Assembly: GCA_052090405.1 (NCBI GenBank)
Contig: JBQDAV010000004.1
Span: 11,345 to 75,344 of the forward strand
DNA from: Luteimonas sp.
GTDB lineage: Bacteria > Pseudomonadota > Gammaproteobacteria > Xanthomonadales > Xanthomonadaceae
Length of the DNA stretch: 64,000 nucleotides
Direction: 5' to 3'
Within the stretch, counting starts at the first letter, position 1, and each line of letters begins with the position of its first letter. Below are positions 44,801 to 53,930 of the stretch, in pieces. A model generated the notes under the pieces. The model saw only the letters and a program-made list of their open reading frames with translations, was not told the origin of the DNA and ran no database searches. Position numbers and translations under genes: made by a program.

Positions 44801-45175
44801 CACGGCGTCCAGCGTGGTGATGTCGCCACCCAGGGTGGCGTTGACCTGCCCCGTCTGGTTCAGGCTCAGGTAGACGTTGTCCTCGGTGGTGGTGCCTTCA
44901 CCGGGCTTGGTCACGTTGATCGTGTACGGGCCACCCACGCGCAGGCCCCGGGCGTTGTAGCGGCCGCTCTCATCGGTGGTGACGCGGCTGACGGTGCCTG
45001 ACTCGGTGTGGACGATGGTCACCTGGGCACCGGCCACCGGATTTCCGTCCGATCCCGTCACCAGGCCGTTGACGCCGGCAGACGTGGTGCTTTGCGCAAA
45101 CGCGGGAGCCGCGGCAAGCGCGACGATCAGGCCGAGCGACAGCTTCGAGAGTCGGACACGGTGCTTGTGGGTCAT
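41888..45175 (-). CDS. Oar-like TonB-dependent receptor with N-terminal carboxypeptidase-regulatory-like domain
   Basis: Signal peptide, GAQVTIVH…GLRVGGPY, IDGV…DTFGL, VTKSGTNEFSGS, GGPLVRDRLFFF, QPRFGFNY, C-terminal GFRYKF. Confidence 0.92.
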   Translation of the reverse strand: MTHKHRVRLSKLSLGLIVALAAAPAFAQSTTSAGVNGLVTGSDGNPVAGAQVTIVHTESGTVSRVTTDESGRYNARGLRVGGPYTINVTKPGEGTTTEDNVYLSLNQTGQVNATLGGDITTLDAVVATGVAGSDVFSAANMGAGTSLGLEQIESLPTIQRNLQDFVRLDPRIAQVDKGRMEISAGGQNPRFNAIRIDGVNTSDTFGLEASNFPLMRQPVSMDAIEAINVDLSNYDVTITGATGAVVDAVTKSGTNEFSGSVYYVYRDQDWMRDNTDGSPFSGFTDEETYGATFGGPLVRDRLFFFANYEKFTRNAPSPSYGPIGSSASNIVDITQDEINEAQQIARDVYGIDIGSMQTIDGIKTELEEVAVKFDWNITDDHRMSYRYSQTEQVDPVLAGSGGNSLGLNSRWYDINKEFNSHSLQLFSDWTQDFSTEFKFSRRNYDSLSGVYSRLPQMSIGFGDGNDPDQPNQPWLNFGTDQFRHGNQIETTTDTAFGAANWYLGDHTLKFGFDWERNDIYNMYAQNIWGNYQFASLDHFRNGEYWDYRLNAPVPGRGLDSVAMNYEHANLGLFIQNDWAVNYNLSLQFGLRVDMPDLDDVADHNLLVQEAYGYDNRHVLDKNLWQPRFGFNYMFDTERPSQLRGGVGLFQGAAANVWVGNSYQNSGFGLIGYDSIINADLTEAQREAIWAGLPFNPDPDNPTTPDAAAGYQMMVNLMEEGIRQPSVWKANLAFDHELPWYGIVASAEALFTRVKDGLHFERLDLGDPTAIGPDGRPLYLSNPSNQASGTRANGNVGIADLADTLPGFQDVTGWHNDGVILLKNTDKGSGQQFSFSLSKPLIDNWAWSLGYTYTRGTDVSPLTSSRAISNWNARAIFDPNEDVASRSNYEIRDRVIGTLTFDKAFFGDYKTNFTVFYEGRSGRPHSWRFMNDMNGDGYVNDLLYVPNGPGDVLFGSRNDDGVFVQDAAMEQAFFDFLAAHPDLQRYAGGAAERNGSRNGWINTFDIRISQELPGFFAGHKSEIWLDVMNVGNLINKDWGQIVEQSPFSDLRAVNFVGLDEATGKYMYNFDGAWEPGLYDNEGQSRWALQLGFRYKF

Positions 45176-45310
45176 TTCAAGAGCCTCGATACGTACATGG
45201 ATGGCTGTCGCGTCTTCGGCGCGCGACAAAGGAGAAAACCGGGAACCGGGAGACGGATTGGGGGACAACCGCGCGGCAATCGGGCGCTGCGGGGTTAACA
45301 ACAGATTAAC

Positions 45311-45344
45311 ACGGTAGCGGTGCCGGATGACAGAGATATGACAA
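45311..45344 (-). promoter_or_regulatory. Pho box promoter upstream of the Oar-like receptor
   Basis: Minus strand TTGTCAT-ATCT-CTGTCAT (45344-45327), exactly 10 nt, then TACCGT -10 element (45316-45311). Confidence 0.75.
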
Positions 45345-45459
45345 TTTGGCTCCCGCGCAAGCCACTGACAGGGCTCACTATTTCAATCCGCTTTGAACTA
45401 ATGGCGCTAAGCCATTGTCAGCGCGACGTACCGCGGCGTACGGATTGCCCTCCGTTGCG

Positions 45460-46191
45460 TCAGTCGAGGCGACCTTCGCCGATCCGGCCGCCCCCGGGAT
45501 TGCCCGCCGCGGAAAGCAATTGCACGCACTCCCGGGCGTATGTGGCCGGGTCGTCCGCCGCGTGGTCTTCGCGGTCGACATACGCCTTGGCCCGCAGCGC
45601 GGTGCGCATCGGGCCGGGACGCAGGCCGGACACGCGCACCGTGGTGGAAGCCAGCTCGGCGTGCAGCATCGACACCAGCGCTTCCAGCCCGCCTTGCGCG
45701 GCGCCGTAGCCGCCCCAGTAGGCCTGCGAGGTGCGGGCCGGATCGTCGATGGCAAACACCACTGCGCCGTCGTCGGCGCGGCGCAGCAGCGGCAGGCAGG
45801 CCTGGGTCAGCCACCAGCGCGCGGTGAGGTTGACGTGGATGGCGCGGGCGAAGGCGGCCGGGTCGCTGTGCTCGAGCGGGGTCAGCCCCGGGAAGTCCGC
45901 CGCGCAGTGGAGCACGCCGTCCAGGCGGCCGAAAGCCTCTTCGATTCGCGCCGCCATTTCGGCGTAGTCATCGGGGCCGGCTCCCTCCAGGTCCAGCGGG
46001 TACAGCACCGCCTCGCCGCCGCTGTCCTCGACGGCCTTGTGCAGGCGATTGAGCCTGGGCACCTTGCGCCCGAGCAGCACCAGGCGGGCTCCGGCCGCGG
46101 CGCAGGCTAGCGAGGCTTCGCGCCCCAGGCCGCCGTAGGCGCCGGCCACCAGCACCACGCGGCCGGCCAGCGGAAGGTCGGACGGACTCAC
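45460..46191 (-). CDS. SDR family oxidoreductase (YciK-like)
   Basis: VAGAYGGLG, LDGVLHCA, YWGGYGAAQ, PGPMRTALR. Confidence 0.85.
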   Translation of the reverse strand: MSPSDLPLAGRVVLVAGAYGGLGREASLACAAAGARLVLLGRKVPRLNRLHKAVEDSGGEAVLYPLDLEGAGPDDYAEMAARIEEAFGRLDGVLHCAADFPGLTPLEHSDPAAFARAIHVNLTARWWLTQACLPLLRRADDGAVVFAIDDPARTSQAYWGGYGAAQGGLEALVSMLHAELASTTVRVSGLRPGPMRTALRAKAYVDREDHAADDPATYARECVQLLSAAGNPGGGRIGEGRLD

Positions 46192-46508
46192 GCCTTGCCC
46201 GTCTCGGCGACCATCCGCGACAGCTCCCCGGATTCATGCAGTTCCAGGGTGATGTCGCAGCCGCCGATCAGTTCGCCGTGGATGAACAGCTGCGGGAAGG
46301 TCGGCCAGTTGGAGTAGCGCGGCAGGTTGGCCCGGATCTCCGGGTCCTCGAGCACGTTGACCGAGTGCAGGCCATCCACCCCCGCCTCGGTGAGCGCCTG
46401 TACCGCGCGGCTGGAGAAACCGCACATCGGGAAACGCGGGGTTCCCTTCATGAACAGGACGACTGGATGCTTTTCGACCTCGTCCTGGATCCGCTGCATG
46501 ACCGACAT
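46188..46508 (-). CDS. grxD: Monothiol glutaredoxin Grx4
   Basis: LFMKGTP, CGFS, WPTFPQLF, GGCD. Confidence 0.96.
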   Translation of the reverse strand: MSVMQRIQDEVEKHPVVLFMKGTPRFPMCGFSSRAVQALTEAGVDGLHSVNVLEDPEIRANLPRYSNWPTFPQLFIHGELIGGCDITLELHESGELSRMVAETGKA

Positions 46509-46644
46509 GGCGCACTCCTGGGACGCCGGTCTCGGCAGTTCCGGGGCCGGCGTCACTGTTGGGGGTTAGAATCCCGACATTGTAATCGTTCACCCGCGCG
46601 CAAGGCTCCCCGCGGGACACTGGATTCCCTCTCCGCCAGGCGAC

Positions 46645-47232
46645 ATGGCCATCGAACTGCCCACCCTGCCCTACGACCGCACCGCGCTGGAACCGCACCT
46701 GTCCGGCGAAACCGTCGACCTTCACCATGGCAATCGGCAGCGCAGCCATGTGGAGCGGCTCAACGACCTGGCTGCCGGCACGGCTTTCGCGGAGATGCCG
46801 CTGGAGGACATCGTGCGCCGGGCGCAGGGGTCGATGGCCGAATGCGCGGCCCAGGCCTGGGCGACGGCGCTGTACTGGAACAGCCTCAAGCCCGCGGCCG
46901 GCGGCGGCGGCGGGGAACCGGGAGGCAAGCTGGACGAAGCGCTGGCGGCGGCCTTTGGGAGCGCGGACGGCTTTCGCGAGCGCTTCAACCATGCCGCGCT
47001 GCGCGGGATCGGCCCGGGCTGGGCCTGGCTGCTGCAGCGCGCCGACGGCCGCCTGGTGATCGCCGTCACCCCGCATTCGGTCACGCCGCTGACCGGTCCC
47101 GACCGCGCGCTGCTGGCCTGCAGCCTGTGGGAGCACGCCTACCTGCTGGATTACCGCGACGACCGCGGCAAGTACCTGGAGGCGTTCTGGCAGCTGGTCG
47201 ACTGGGACGCCGTCGCCGCGCGGATGGCCTGA
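46645..47232 (+). CDS. Fe/Mn superoxide dismutase homologue with degenerate metal site
   Basis: LPTLPYDRTALEPH, FGS, GWAWL, WEHAY…DY present; ligand motifs changed (see findings). Confidence 0.85.
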   Translation: MAIELPTLPYDRTALEPHLSGETVDLHHGNRQRSHVERLNDLAAGTAFAEMPLEDIVRRAQGSMAECAAQAWATALYWNSLKPAAGGGGGEPGGKLDEALAAAFGSADGFRERFNHAALRGIGPGWAWLLQRADGRLVIAVTPHSVTPLTGPDRALLACSLWEHAYLLDYRDDRGKYLEAFWQLVDWDAVAARMA

Positions 47233-47276
47233 TTCCCACGCCGGGCCCACACGGCCTGGTTTCCCACGCCGGATCC

Positions 47277-47302
47277 GTAGGGCGGAGCTTGCTCCGCTCT
47301 AC
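47277..47302 (+). repeat. GTAG-type REP palindrome, preceded by a 12-bp direct repeat
   Basis: GTAG-GGCGGAGC-tt-GCTCCGCT-CTAC; TTCCCACGCCGG at 47233-47244 and 47261-47272. Confidence 0.75.
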
Positions 47303-48456
47303 AGGGAGCGGGGGTCTCCTGCGAGCGCCTGGATAACCGGAGCCACCTGGTCCTGGCGGCCCAGGGCGTCCCCGACACGCTGCAATGCATCGGCAAGGGC
47401 TTCGGGCGAATCGGTGCGCACGGTGGCATGGCCGACCTTGCGGCCCGGCCGAGCCCGCTTGCCGTAGTCGTGCCAGTGCCCGCCAGCCTCGCGCAGCACC
47501 GGCGCCGGGTCCGGCATCTCGCCCAGCCAGTTGAGCATGCAGGCGTGGCCGATTGCGTCGGTCGCGCCCAGCGGCAGCCCCAGCACCGCGCGCAGGTGGT
47601 TCTCGAACTGCGAGGTCTGCGCGCCCTCGATGGTCCAGTGGCCGGAGTTGTGCACCCGCGGCGCCATCTCGTTGACCAGCAGCGCATTGCCGCGGCAGAA
47701 CAGCTCCAGCGCGAATACACCCACGTAGTCGAGCGCTTCTGCCAGGCGACGCGCATGGCCGGAGGCGGCTTCGGCCAGCGCCGGTTCCACCCGGGCCGGC
47801 GCCAGGCTGGCGGAAAGCACGCCGTCCACGTGCCAGTTCCAGGTCAGCGGCCAAGTGCGGAATTCGCCGTCGCGCCCGCGCACAGCGACCACGCTCAGTT
47901 CGCGCTCGAACGGCACGAACGCCTCCAAGATCAGCCCGACGGACTGCGCCTGCGCGCCCAGCGCCTGCCAGGCGGCATCGGCGTCGCCGGCCTCCCGGAT
48001 CCGGAACTGGCCCTTGCCGTCGTAGCCCAGGCGCCGGGTCTTGAGGATGCAAGGAGTACCGACCCTGGCGATCGCCGCGTCCAGGCCTTCGCGCGTGGCC
48101 ACGTCCTCGAACGCAGGCACCGGAATGCCCAGGCGCTGGAACAGGGTCTTCTCGGACAACCGGTCCTGCGCGGTCGCCAGCGCGCCGGGATTGGGGAACA
48201 CGTCGATTCGCCCGGCCAGCCGCTGCGCGGATCCGGCCGGTACGTTTTCGAAGTCGAAAGTGGCCACGTCCACGCGCGCGGCGAAATCGGCCAGCGCCGC
48301 GTCGTCGCGGTAATCACCCGCCAGCAGCGGCGCGACCTGGCCGGCGCAGGCGTCGGCGGACGGGTCCATCACCTGCAAGCGCAGCCCCAGCGGGACGCCG
48401 GAAAGCGCCAGCATGCGGGCAAGCTGCCCACCGCCCAGGATGCCAACCGTGGTCAT
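47299..48456 (-). CDS. purK: N5-carboxyaminoimidazole ribonucleotide synthase
   Basis: [44 protein letters not shown]. Confidence 0.97.
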   Translation of the reverse strand: MTTVGILGGGQLARMLALSGVPLGLRLQVMDPSADACAGQVAPLLAGDYRDDAALADFAARVDVATFDFENVPAGSAQRLAGRIDVFPNPGALATAQDRLSEKTLFQRLGIPVPAFEDVATREGLDAAIARVGTPCILKTRRLGYDGKGQFRIREAGDADAAWQALGAQAQSVGLILEAFVPFERELSVVAVRGRDGEFRTWPLTWNWHVDGVLSASLAPARVEPALAEAASGHARRLAEALDYVGVFALELFCRGNALLVNEMAPRVHNSGHWTIEGAQTSQFENHLRAVLGLPLGATDAIGHACMLNWLGEMPDPAPVLREAGGHWHDYGKRARPGRKVGHATVRTDSPEALADALQRVGDALGRQDQVAPVIQALAGDPRSL

Positions 48457-48965
48457 TTCCGCGGGTCGTCGTTACCGGCGACCGCTTCGGTCTGTTCGCG
48501 GCGGAAGGCCTCCAGCGCGTCGGCGATGCCGGCATCGGATGCGGCCACCATGGCCGCGGCAAACAGCGCCGCGTTGGCCGCACCCGCCGCACCAATGGCA
48601 AAGGTGGCCACCGGCACTCCCGATGGCATCTGCACGATCGACAGCAGCGAATCCAGGCCCTTGAGCGCCTTCGACTGCACCGGCACGCCGAGCACCGGCA
48701 CCGTGGTCTTGGCCGCCAGCATGCCCGGCAGGTGCGCGGCGCCGCCGGCGCCGGCGATGATCGCGCGCAGGCCGCGCGCCTGGGCGCTGGCGGCGTAATC
48801 GAACATGGCATCCGGGGTGCGGTGCGCGGACAGCACCCGCACCTCGTGTGGCACGCCCAGCGCCTCGAGCTTTTCAACCGCTCGCTGCATCGTCTCCCAG
48901 TCCGAGCGCGAGCCCATGACGACGCCCACGATCGGCGCGGAGGAGTCTGCTGGCGTGGCTGTCAT
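48453..48965 (-). CDS. purE: N5-CAIR mutase
   Basis: [30 protein letters not shown]. Confidence 0.97.
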   Translation of the reverse strand: MTATPADSSAPIVGVVMGSRSDWETMQRAVEKLEALGVPHEVRVLSAHRTPDAMFDYAASAQARGLRAIIAGAGGAAHLPGMLAAKTTVPVLGVPVQSKALKGLDSLLSIVQMPSGVPVATFAIGAAGAANAALFAAAMVAASDAGIADALEAFRREQTEAVAGNDDPRK

Positions 48966-49096
48966 GCGGGCACCTGTCGGCAAAGCGCCATTCTAACGGG
49001 AAGTCGACATCCGGACCCACGCCCACAGGAGCGCGCACGGCGCGCGCCTGCGGATGCTGGTGATAGGCTTTGGAGATCACCACACGAATGGCACCC

Positions 49097-49366
49097 ATGG
49101 ACCGCAAGCTGCTCGACATCCTCGTCTGCCCCGCCACCCGCCAGCCGCTGGCCTATCTGGACAAGCCCGGGATGGCAGCGGTCAACGCCGCGATCGGCGC
49201 GGGCGCCGTGGCCCGCGCTGACGGCACGCCGGAGTCGGAGCCGCTGCGCGAGGCGCTGGTCACCCGTGACCGCAAGCTGCTGTACCGCATCGATGACGGC
49301 ATCCCGGTGCTGCTGGCCGACGAGGCGATTCCCACCGCCAGGGTCGACGGCTTCCCGGAGCGCTGA
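49097..49366 (+). CDS. Trm112 family protein
   Basis: [12 protein letters not shown]…[11 protein letters not shown]. Confidence 0.88.
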   Translation: MDRKLLDILVCPATRQPLAYLDKPGMAAVNAAIGAGAVARADGTPESEPLREALVTRDRKLLYRIDDGIPVLLADEAIPTARVDGFPER

Positions 49367-49369
49367 GCC

Positions 49370-50236
49370 ATGGCCGCGCTGGAGCCGCCCCCGGCGGCGG
49401 CGATCGAAGCCGACGTGGCGCGCGCGCTTGCCGAGGACATCGGCGACGGCGACGTCACCGCGGCGCTGCTGCCGGACGGCCCCGATTCGGCGTACCTGCT
49501 GTGCAAGGAGGACGCGGTGGTCTGCGGCCGGCCCTGGTTCGACGCCTGCCATCGCGCGCTTGATGCGCAGGTGCGGATCGACTGGCGCGTGGCCGAGGGC
49601 GAACGCGTCGGCGCCGGCACGGTGCTGGCCACGCTGCAGGGCCGCGCCCGCGCCCTGGTCAGCGCCGAGCGCACCGCACTCAACTTCCTCCAGACCCTGT
49701 GCGGCACCGCCACCCTCACCGCCGCCCACGTGGACGCGGTGCAGGGAACGAAGGCCCGGATCCTCGACACCCGCAAGACCCTGCCCGGCCTGCGCCTGGC
49801 GCAGAAGTACGCGGTGCGCGCGGGCGGCGGCGTCAATCACCGCATGGGCCTGTACGACGCCGTCATGCTCAAGGAAAACCACGTGCGGGTCGCCGGCTCG
49901 GTGGACGCGGCCATTGGCCAGGCGCGCAGGCTGCATCCCGGGTTGCCGCTGATCGTCGAGGTCGAAACACTGGACGAGCTGTGCCAGGCACTGGAAGCCG
50001 GCTGCGACCGGATCCTGATCGATGACTTCAAGGCCGATGACCGCCGCGAAGCCGTGCGCATCGCCGCCGGCGCGCCCTTCCACGGCCGGATCCCGCTTGA
50101 GGTGTCGGGCAGCGTGGACCTGGGCAGCGTGCGCGCGGTAGCCGACGACGGCGTGGACTTCATTTCCATCGGCGCGCTGACCAAGCACCTGCGCGCAATC
50201 GACCTGTCGATGAAACTGGGTCCGCCGCCCCGCTGA
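49370..50236 (+). CDS. nadC: Nicotinate-nucleotide pyrophosphorylase (carboxylating)
   Basis: AERTALN, DTRKTLPGLR, NHRMGL, KENH, EVE, ISIGALT. Confidence 0.96.
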   Translation: MAALEPPPAAAIEADVARALAEDIGDGDVTAALLPDGPDSAYLLCKEDAVVCGRPWFDACHRALDAQVRIDWRVAEGERVGAGTVLATLQGRARALVSAERTALNFLQTLCGTATLTAAHVDAVQGTKARILDTRKTLPGLRLAQKYAVRAGGGVNHRMGLYDAVMLKENHVRVAGSVDAAIGQARRLHPGLPLIVEVETLDELCQALEAGCDRILIDDFKADDRREAVRIAAGAPFHGRIPLEVSGSVDLGSVRAVADDGVDFISIGALTKHLRAIDLSMKLGPPPR

Positions 50237-50278
50237 CCACAGCTTGCGGTTGCCGGTGCCCGGCCCCAAAGTGGCGAC

Positions 50279-50590
50279 ATGGGCTGGGCGACTCTCTTGA
50301 TGATCATTGGCGCGGTCGGCGTCGCGTTCTGGAACGCTTCGCGTTCGGCCGCCGAGCGCGCGACCGCGCTGGGGCAGGACGCATGCCGGCGCGCGGGCGT
50401 GCAGCTGCTCGACCACAGCGTGCACGCAGACCGCCTGCGGCTGCGCCGGCACGCGGATGGACGCATGGGCCTGGAATACAGCTTCCGCTTCTACTGGTCC
50501 GACGACGGCGTGCACCGCCACATCGGACGGATGGTACTGCTCGGGGAAGAGCTGGTGTCGTTCAGCGGGCCGCTCGCCCCAACCGGATAG
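50279..50590 (+). CDS. DUF3301-like small membrane protein
   Basis: N-terminal TM helix, ACRRAGVQLLD-SV, F-x-x-S-x-DG-x-x-R-x-x-G pattern. Confidence 0.7.
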   Translation: MGWATLLMIIGAVGVAFWNASRSAAERATALGQDACRRAGVQLLDHSVHADRLRLRRHADGRMGLEYSFRFYWSDDGVHRHIGRMVLLGEELVSFSGPLAPTG

Positions 50591-50613
50591 GAGCGCGTCT
50601 TACACGCTCCTAC
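50588..50613 (-). repeat. GTAG-type REP-like palindrome overlapping two convergent stop codons
   Basis: TAGGAGCG-cgtcttaca-CGCTCCTA-C; minus strand begins GTAGGAGCG. Confidence 0.6.
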
Positions 50614-51059
50614 TTCACCACGCGGAGGTGGCTGCGCTTGGGCGGGGGAGCGTCCGGACCGGGACCGTCGTCGCCGTCGGGTGACGATGGCGGGTCGTCA
50701 TCGGGATCGGAAGGCGGGCCGCCGGCGATGTCCTCGGGCAGGACCATGCCCTGCCCTGTCTCGCGCGCGTAAATGGCCACCACCGCGGCCACCGGCACGT
50801 CGACCGGGTGGCTGACGCCGCCGAAACGGGCCGAGAAACGGATCGCCTCGTTGTCCATCTGCAGGCCCGCCACCGCACGCTCGGCGATGTTGAGCACCAC
50901 CTTGCCGTCCTTGACCACTTGCTGGGGCACGCGCACCCCGGGCTGGCCGGCATCGACCAGCACGTGCGGGGTCATGCCGTTGTCCACGATCCACTCGTAC
51001 AGCGCCCGCAGCAGGTACGGGCGGTGGCTGCTCATCGCCGGAAATTCTGCTTCGCTCAT
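50610..51059 (-). CDS. sspB: ClpXP adaptor SspB
   Basis: RPYLLRALYEWIVDN, FSARFGG, AIYARETGQG, C-terminal HLRVVK. Confidence 0.96.
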   Translation of the reverse strand: MSEAEFPAMSSHRPYLLRALYEWIVDNGMTPHVLVDAGQPGVRVPQQVVKDGKVVLNIAERAVAGLQMDNEAIRFSARFGGVSHPVDVPVAAVVAIYARETGQGMVLPEDIAGGPPSDPDDDPPSSPDGDDGPGPDAPPPKRSHLRVVK

Positions 51060-51141
51060 CCTGACAGTTTAACCGCAGGCGCCGGACCGCCGCCGCCTTG
51101 CCGCAAGGGCGGGCACGGCGCGCCAATCATGCGAACAAGCG

Positions 51142-51780
51142 TCAACCCGGCAATTCGTTGAGCTTGCGTTCGGCGGCCGTCAGGCTGCGGGCGAAGCCGG
51201 GGTTGCGGAAAATGCGATTGCCGTAGTCCTCGATCACCTTGCCGTCCTTGGGCAGCGGAATGCCCAGCGACGGCAGCCGCCAGATGATCGGCGCCATGGC
51301 GCAGTCGGCCAGGCTCATCTCGGCGTTGAGGTAGAACTTGTGCGCCTTGAACAGCGGCACCGAGGCGGTGACCAGTTCCACCAGCCGCTTGCGCGCCGCA
51401 TCGGCGTCGCGCTTGGTGCCGCGCTGGACGGTCTGGATCTGCGGTACCCAGTCGTGCTCCAGCCGCAGCATCGCCAGCCGCAGGCGGGCCCGCGCCAGCG
51501 GCTCCACCGGCATCAGCGGCGGGTGCGGGTAGCGCTCGTCCAGGTACTCGCAGACCACCGAGGCCGCGTACAGCACCATGTCGCGCTCGACCAGGGTCGG
51601 GACCGAATGGTAGGGATTGAGGTCGATCAGATCCTCGGGGGGATCCTGCGGATCGACCGGAATCAGGTCGTGGATGACGCCCTTGGCCGCCAACACCAGG
51701 CGGACCCGGTGGCACAGCACATCGTCGTCGGATGAAAACAGGGTAAGCGCGTTACGCATACGCGGACTCGCAGCCATCAT
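51142..51780 (-). CDS. sspA: Stringent starvation protein A (GST-like)
   Basis: HRVRLVLAAKG, LNPYHSVPTLVER, EYLDERYPHPPLMP; lies between petC and sspB. Confidence 0.93.
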   Translation of the reverse strand: MMAASPRMRNALTLFSSDDDVLCHRVRLVLAAKGVIHDLIPVDPQDPPEDLIDLNPYHSVPTLVERDMVLYAASVVCEYLDERYPHPPLMPVEPLARARLRLAMLRLEHDWVPQIQTVQRGTKRDADAARKRLVELVTASVPLFKAHKFYLNAEMSLADCAMAPIIWRLPSLGIPLPKDGKVIEDYGNRIFRNPGFARSLTAAERKLNELPG

Positions 51781-51919
51781 CGGCCCTCTCCCGTGCCCGG
51801 ATACCGCCGGCCACATCGGCGCCGCCCACCCCTTGCAGGCGGTCGCCACGGTCCCCGGGTCCACGCGGCCGGCAGCGACAGGCCCGGCATGGCGCCGGGC
51901 CCGGTGCAGGCGCGCTGGT

Positions 51920-52675
51920 TTACTTCACGTCCCGCCAGTACTCCTGCTTCAGCAGCCAGGTGAGGAACGCGAAGAACACCAGGAACAGGAGCACCCACAC
52001 GCCAATGCCCTGGCGCTTGAGTGCGGCCGGCTCCGCGGCGTACTCGAGGAAAGCGGTGATGTCGCGCACGCTGCGCTCGAACTCGGCGGCGCTCTGGGTA
52101 CCCGGCTGGGCCACTTCCAGGCGCTCGATGGTCGGCGCGCCGGTGGTCGGGTCCGTCTCGCCCAGCACCGGTCGCTGCAGGCCCTGCAGCTCCCACAGCA
52201 CGTTGGGCATGGAGACATCCGGGAACCAGGTGTTGTTCCAGCCCAGCGCGGCCGACTCATCCTGGTAGAAGCTCATCAGGAAGGTGTAGACCCAGTCCGG
52301 GCCACCGATCTTGGAACGCACAGTGAGCGAGAGATCCGGCGGTGCGACACCGAACCAGTCGCTGGCCTGCGCGGCGGGCATCGCCGAGACGATGTGCTCG
52401 CCGAAGCCGGCGTCGGTGAAGTTGAGGTTCTCCATCACCTCTTCCTCGCTCAGGCCGAGGTCTTCGGCCATGCGCGAGTAGCGCAGGTACTGGAGCGAAT
52501 GACAGCCCGAGCAGTAGTTCATGAACAGCTTGGCGCCGCGCTGCAGCGAGGCCTTGTCGCTCAGGTCGGTGCCCGACTGCAGCAGGCCGCCACCCGGATC
52601 CGCTGCCAGGGCGGAGAACGACAGCAGCAGCCCGCCGAGGACGGCGGCCACACGGGCCTTGAAAGTCTTATTCAT
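51920..52675 (-). CDS. petC: Cytochrome c1
   Basis: SLQRGAKLFMNYCSGCH (CxxCH), PPDLS, SMP, C-terminal TM helix. Confidence 0.96.
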   Translation of the reverse strand: MNKTFKARVAAVLGGLLLSFSALAADPGGGLLQSGTDLSDKASLQRGAKLFMNYCSGCHSLQYLRYSRMAEDLGLSEEEVMENLNFTDAGFGEHIVSAMPAAQASDWFGVAPPDLSLTVRSKIGGPDWVYTFLMSFYQDESAALGWNNTWFPDVSMPNVLWELQGLQRPVLGETDPTTGAPTIERLEVAQPGTQSAAEFERSVRDITAFLEYAAEPAALKRQGIGVWVLLFLVFFAFLTWLLKQEYWRDVK

Positions 52676-53927
52676 GTGTCGTCACCCGTTCCGGCACAGG
52701 CCTGGTGCTGTCGAGCTTGGTCCACAGCGGCATGGTGATGAAGAAGGCGAAGTAGAAGAAGGTCAGGAAGCGGCCGATGATGGTCTCGACCGGGTCGGTG
52801 CCCGGGCCGGCGCCGATCTTGCCCAGCCACACGAAGCTGATCGCGAACAGGCCCAGCAGCACCTTCGACAGCAGGCCGCGGTAGCGGTAGGACTTGACCT
52901 TGGCGCGGTCCAGCCACGGCAGGGCGAACAGGATCGCGATCGCGCCGAACATCACGATCACGCCGCTGAGCTTGTGCGGCACCACCCGCAGCATCGCGTA
53001 GTACGGCGTGTAGTACCACACCGGCTTGATGTGCTCGGGGGTGACCATCGGGTTGGCTTCGACGAAGTTGTCGTGCTCGATGAACCAGCCGCCGAACTCG
53101 GGCGCGAAGAAGATCACGAACGCCGCCAGCAACAGCATCATGGCGACGTAGAACATGTCCTTGACCGTGTAGTACGGGTGGAACGGCACGCCGTCGGCCG
53201 GTGCGTCGGGCGACCAGCGGTTACCCTTCGGACCCTTCTTGATCTCCACGCCGTCCGGGTTGTTGGAACCGACTTCATGCAGCGCGCCCAGGTGCAGCAC
53301 CACCAGCAGCAGCAGCACCAGCGGCAGCGCGATCACGTGCAGGGCGAAGAAGCGGTTGAGCGTGGCGTCGCTGGGCAGGTAGTCGCCCATGATCCACTCG
53401 ACCAGGCCGTTGCCGATGATCGGGATCGCGCCGAACAGCGAGATGATCACCTTCGCGCCCCAGAACGACATCTGCCCCCAGGGCAGCACGTAGCCCAGGA
53501 ACGCCTCGGCCATGAGCACCAGGTAGATCAGCATGCCCATGATCCACACCAGCTCGCGCGGCTTCTGGTAGCTGCCGTACATCATCCCGCGGAACATGTG
53601 CAGGTACACGGCGATGAAGAACAGCGATGCGCCGGTGGAGTGCATGTAGCGGATCAGCCAGCCCCACTCCACGTCGCGCATGATGTACTCGACCGAGGAG
53701 AACGCCTCGGCCGCGCTCGGCTTGTAGTGCATGGTCAGGAAGATGCCGGTCACGATCTGGTTGACCAGGATGACCGTCGACAGCACGCCGAAGATGTACC
53801 AGATGTTGAAGTTCTTCGGAGCGTAGTACTCGCTCATGTGCTTGCGGTACATCGGCATCAGCGCCGGTGCCCGCTCGTTGACCCAGTCCATCGCGCCGTT
53901 GGCGGTGCGGGTGAATATGTTCGCCAT
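52668..53927 (-). CDS. petB: Cytochrome b
   Basis: GWLIRYMHSTGAS, GYVLPWGQMSFWGA, RFFALH, HIKPVWY. Confidence 0.97.
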   Translation of the reverse strand: MANIFTRTANGAMDWVNERAPALMPMYRKHMSEYYAPKNFNIWYIFGVLSTVILVNQIVTGIFLTMHYKPSAAEAFSSVEYIMRDVEWGWLIRYMHSTGASLFFIAVYLHMFRGMMYGSYQKPRELVWIMGMLIYLVLMAEAFLGYVLPWGQMSFWGAKVIISLFGAIPIIGNGLVEWIMGDYLPSDATLNRFFALHVIALPLVLLLLVVLHLGALHEVGSNNPDGVEIKKGPKGNRWSPDAPADGVPFHPYYTVKDMFYVAMMLLLAAFVIFFAPEFGGWFIEHDNFVEANPMVTPEHIKPVWYYTPYYAMLRVVPHKLSGVIVMFGAIAILFALPWLDRAKVKSYRYRGLLSKVLLGLFAISFVWLGKIGAGPGTDPVETIIGRFLTFFYFAFFITMPLWTKLDSTRPVPERVTTHE

Positions 53928-53930
53928 GGA

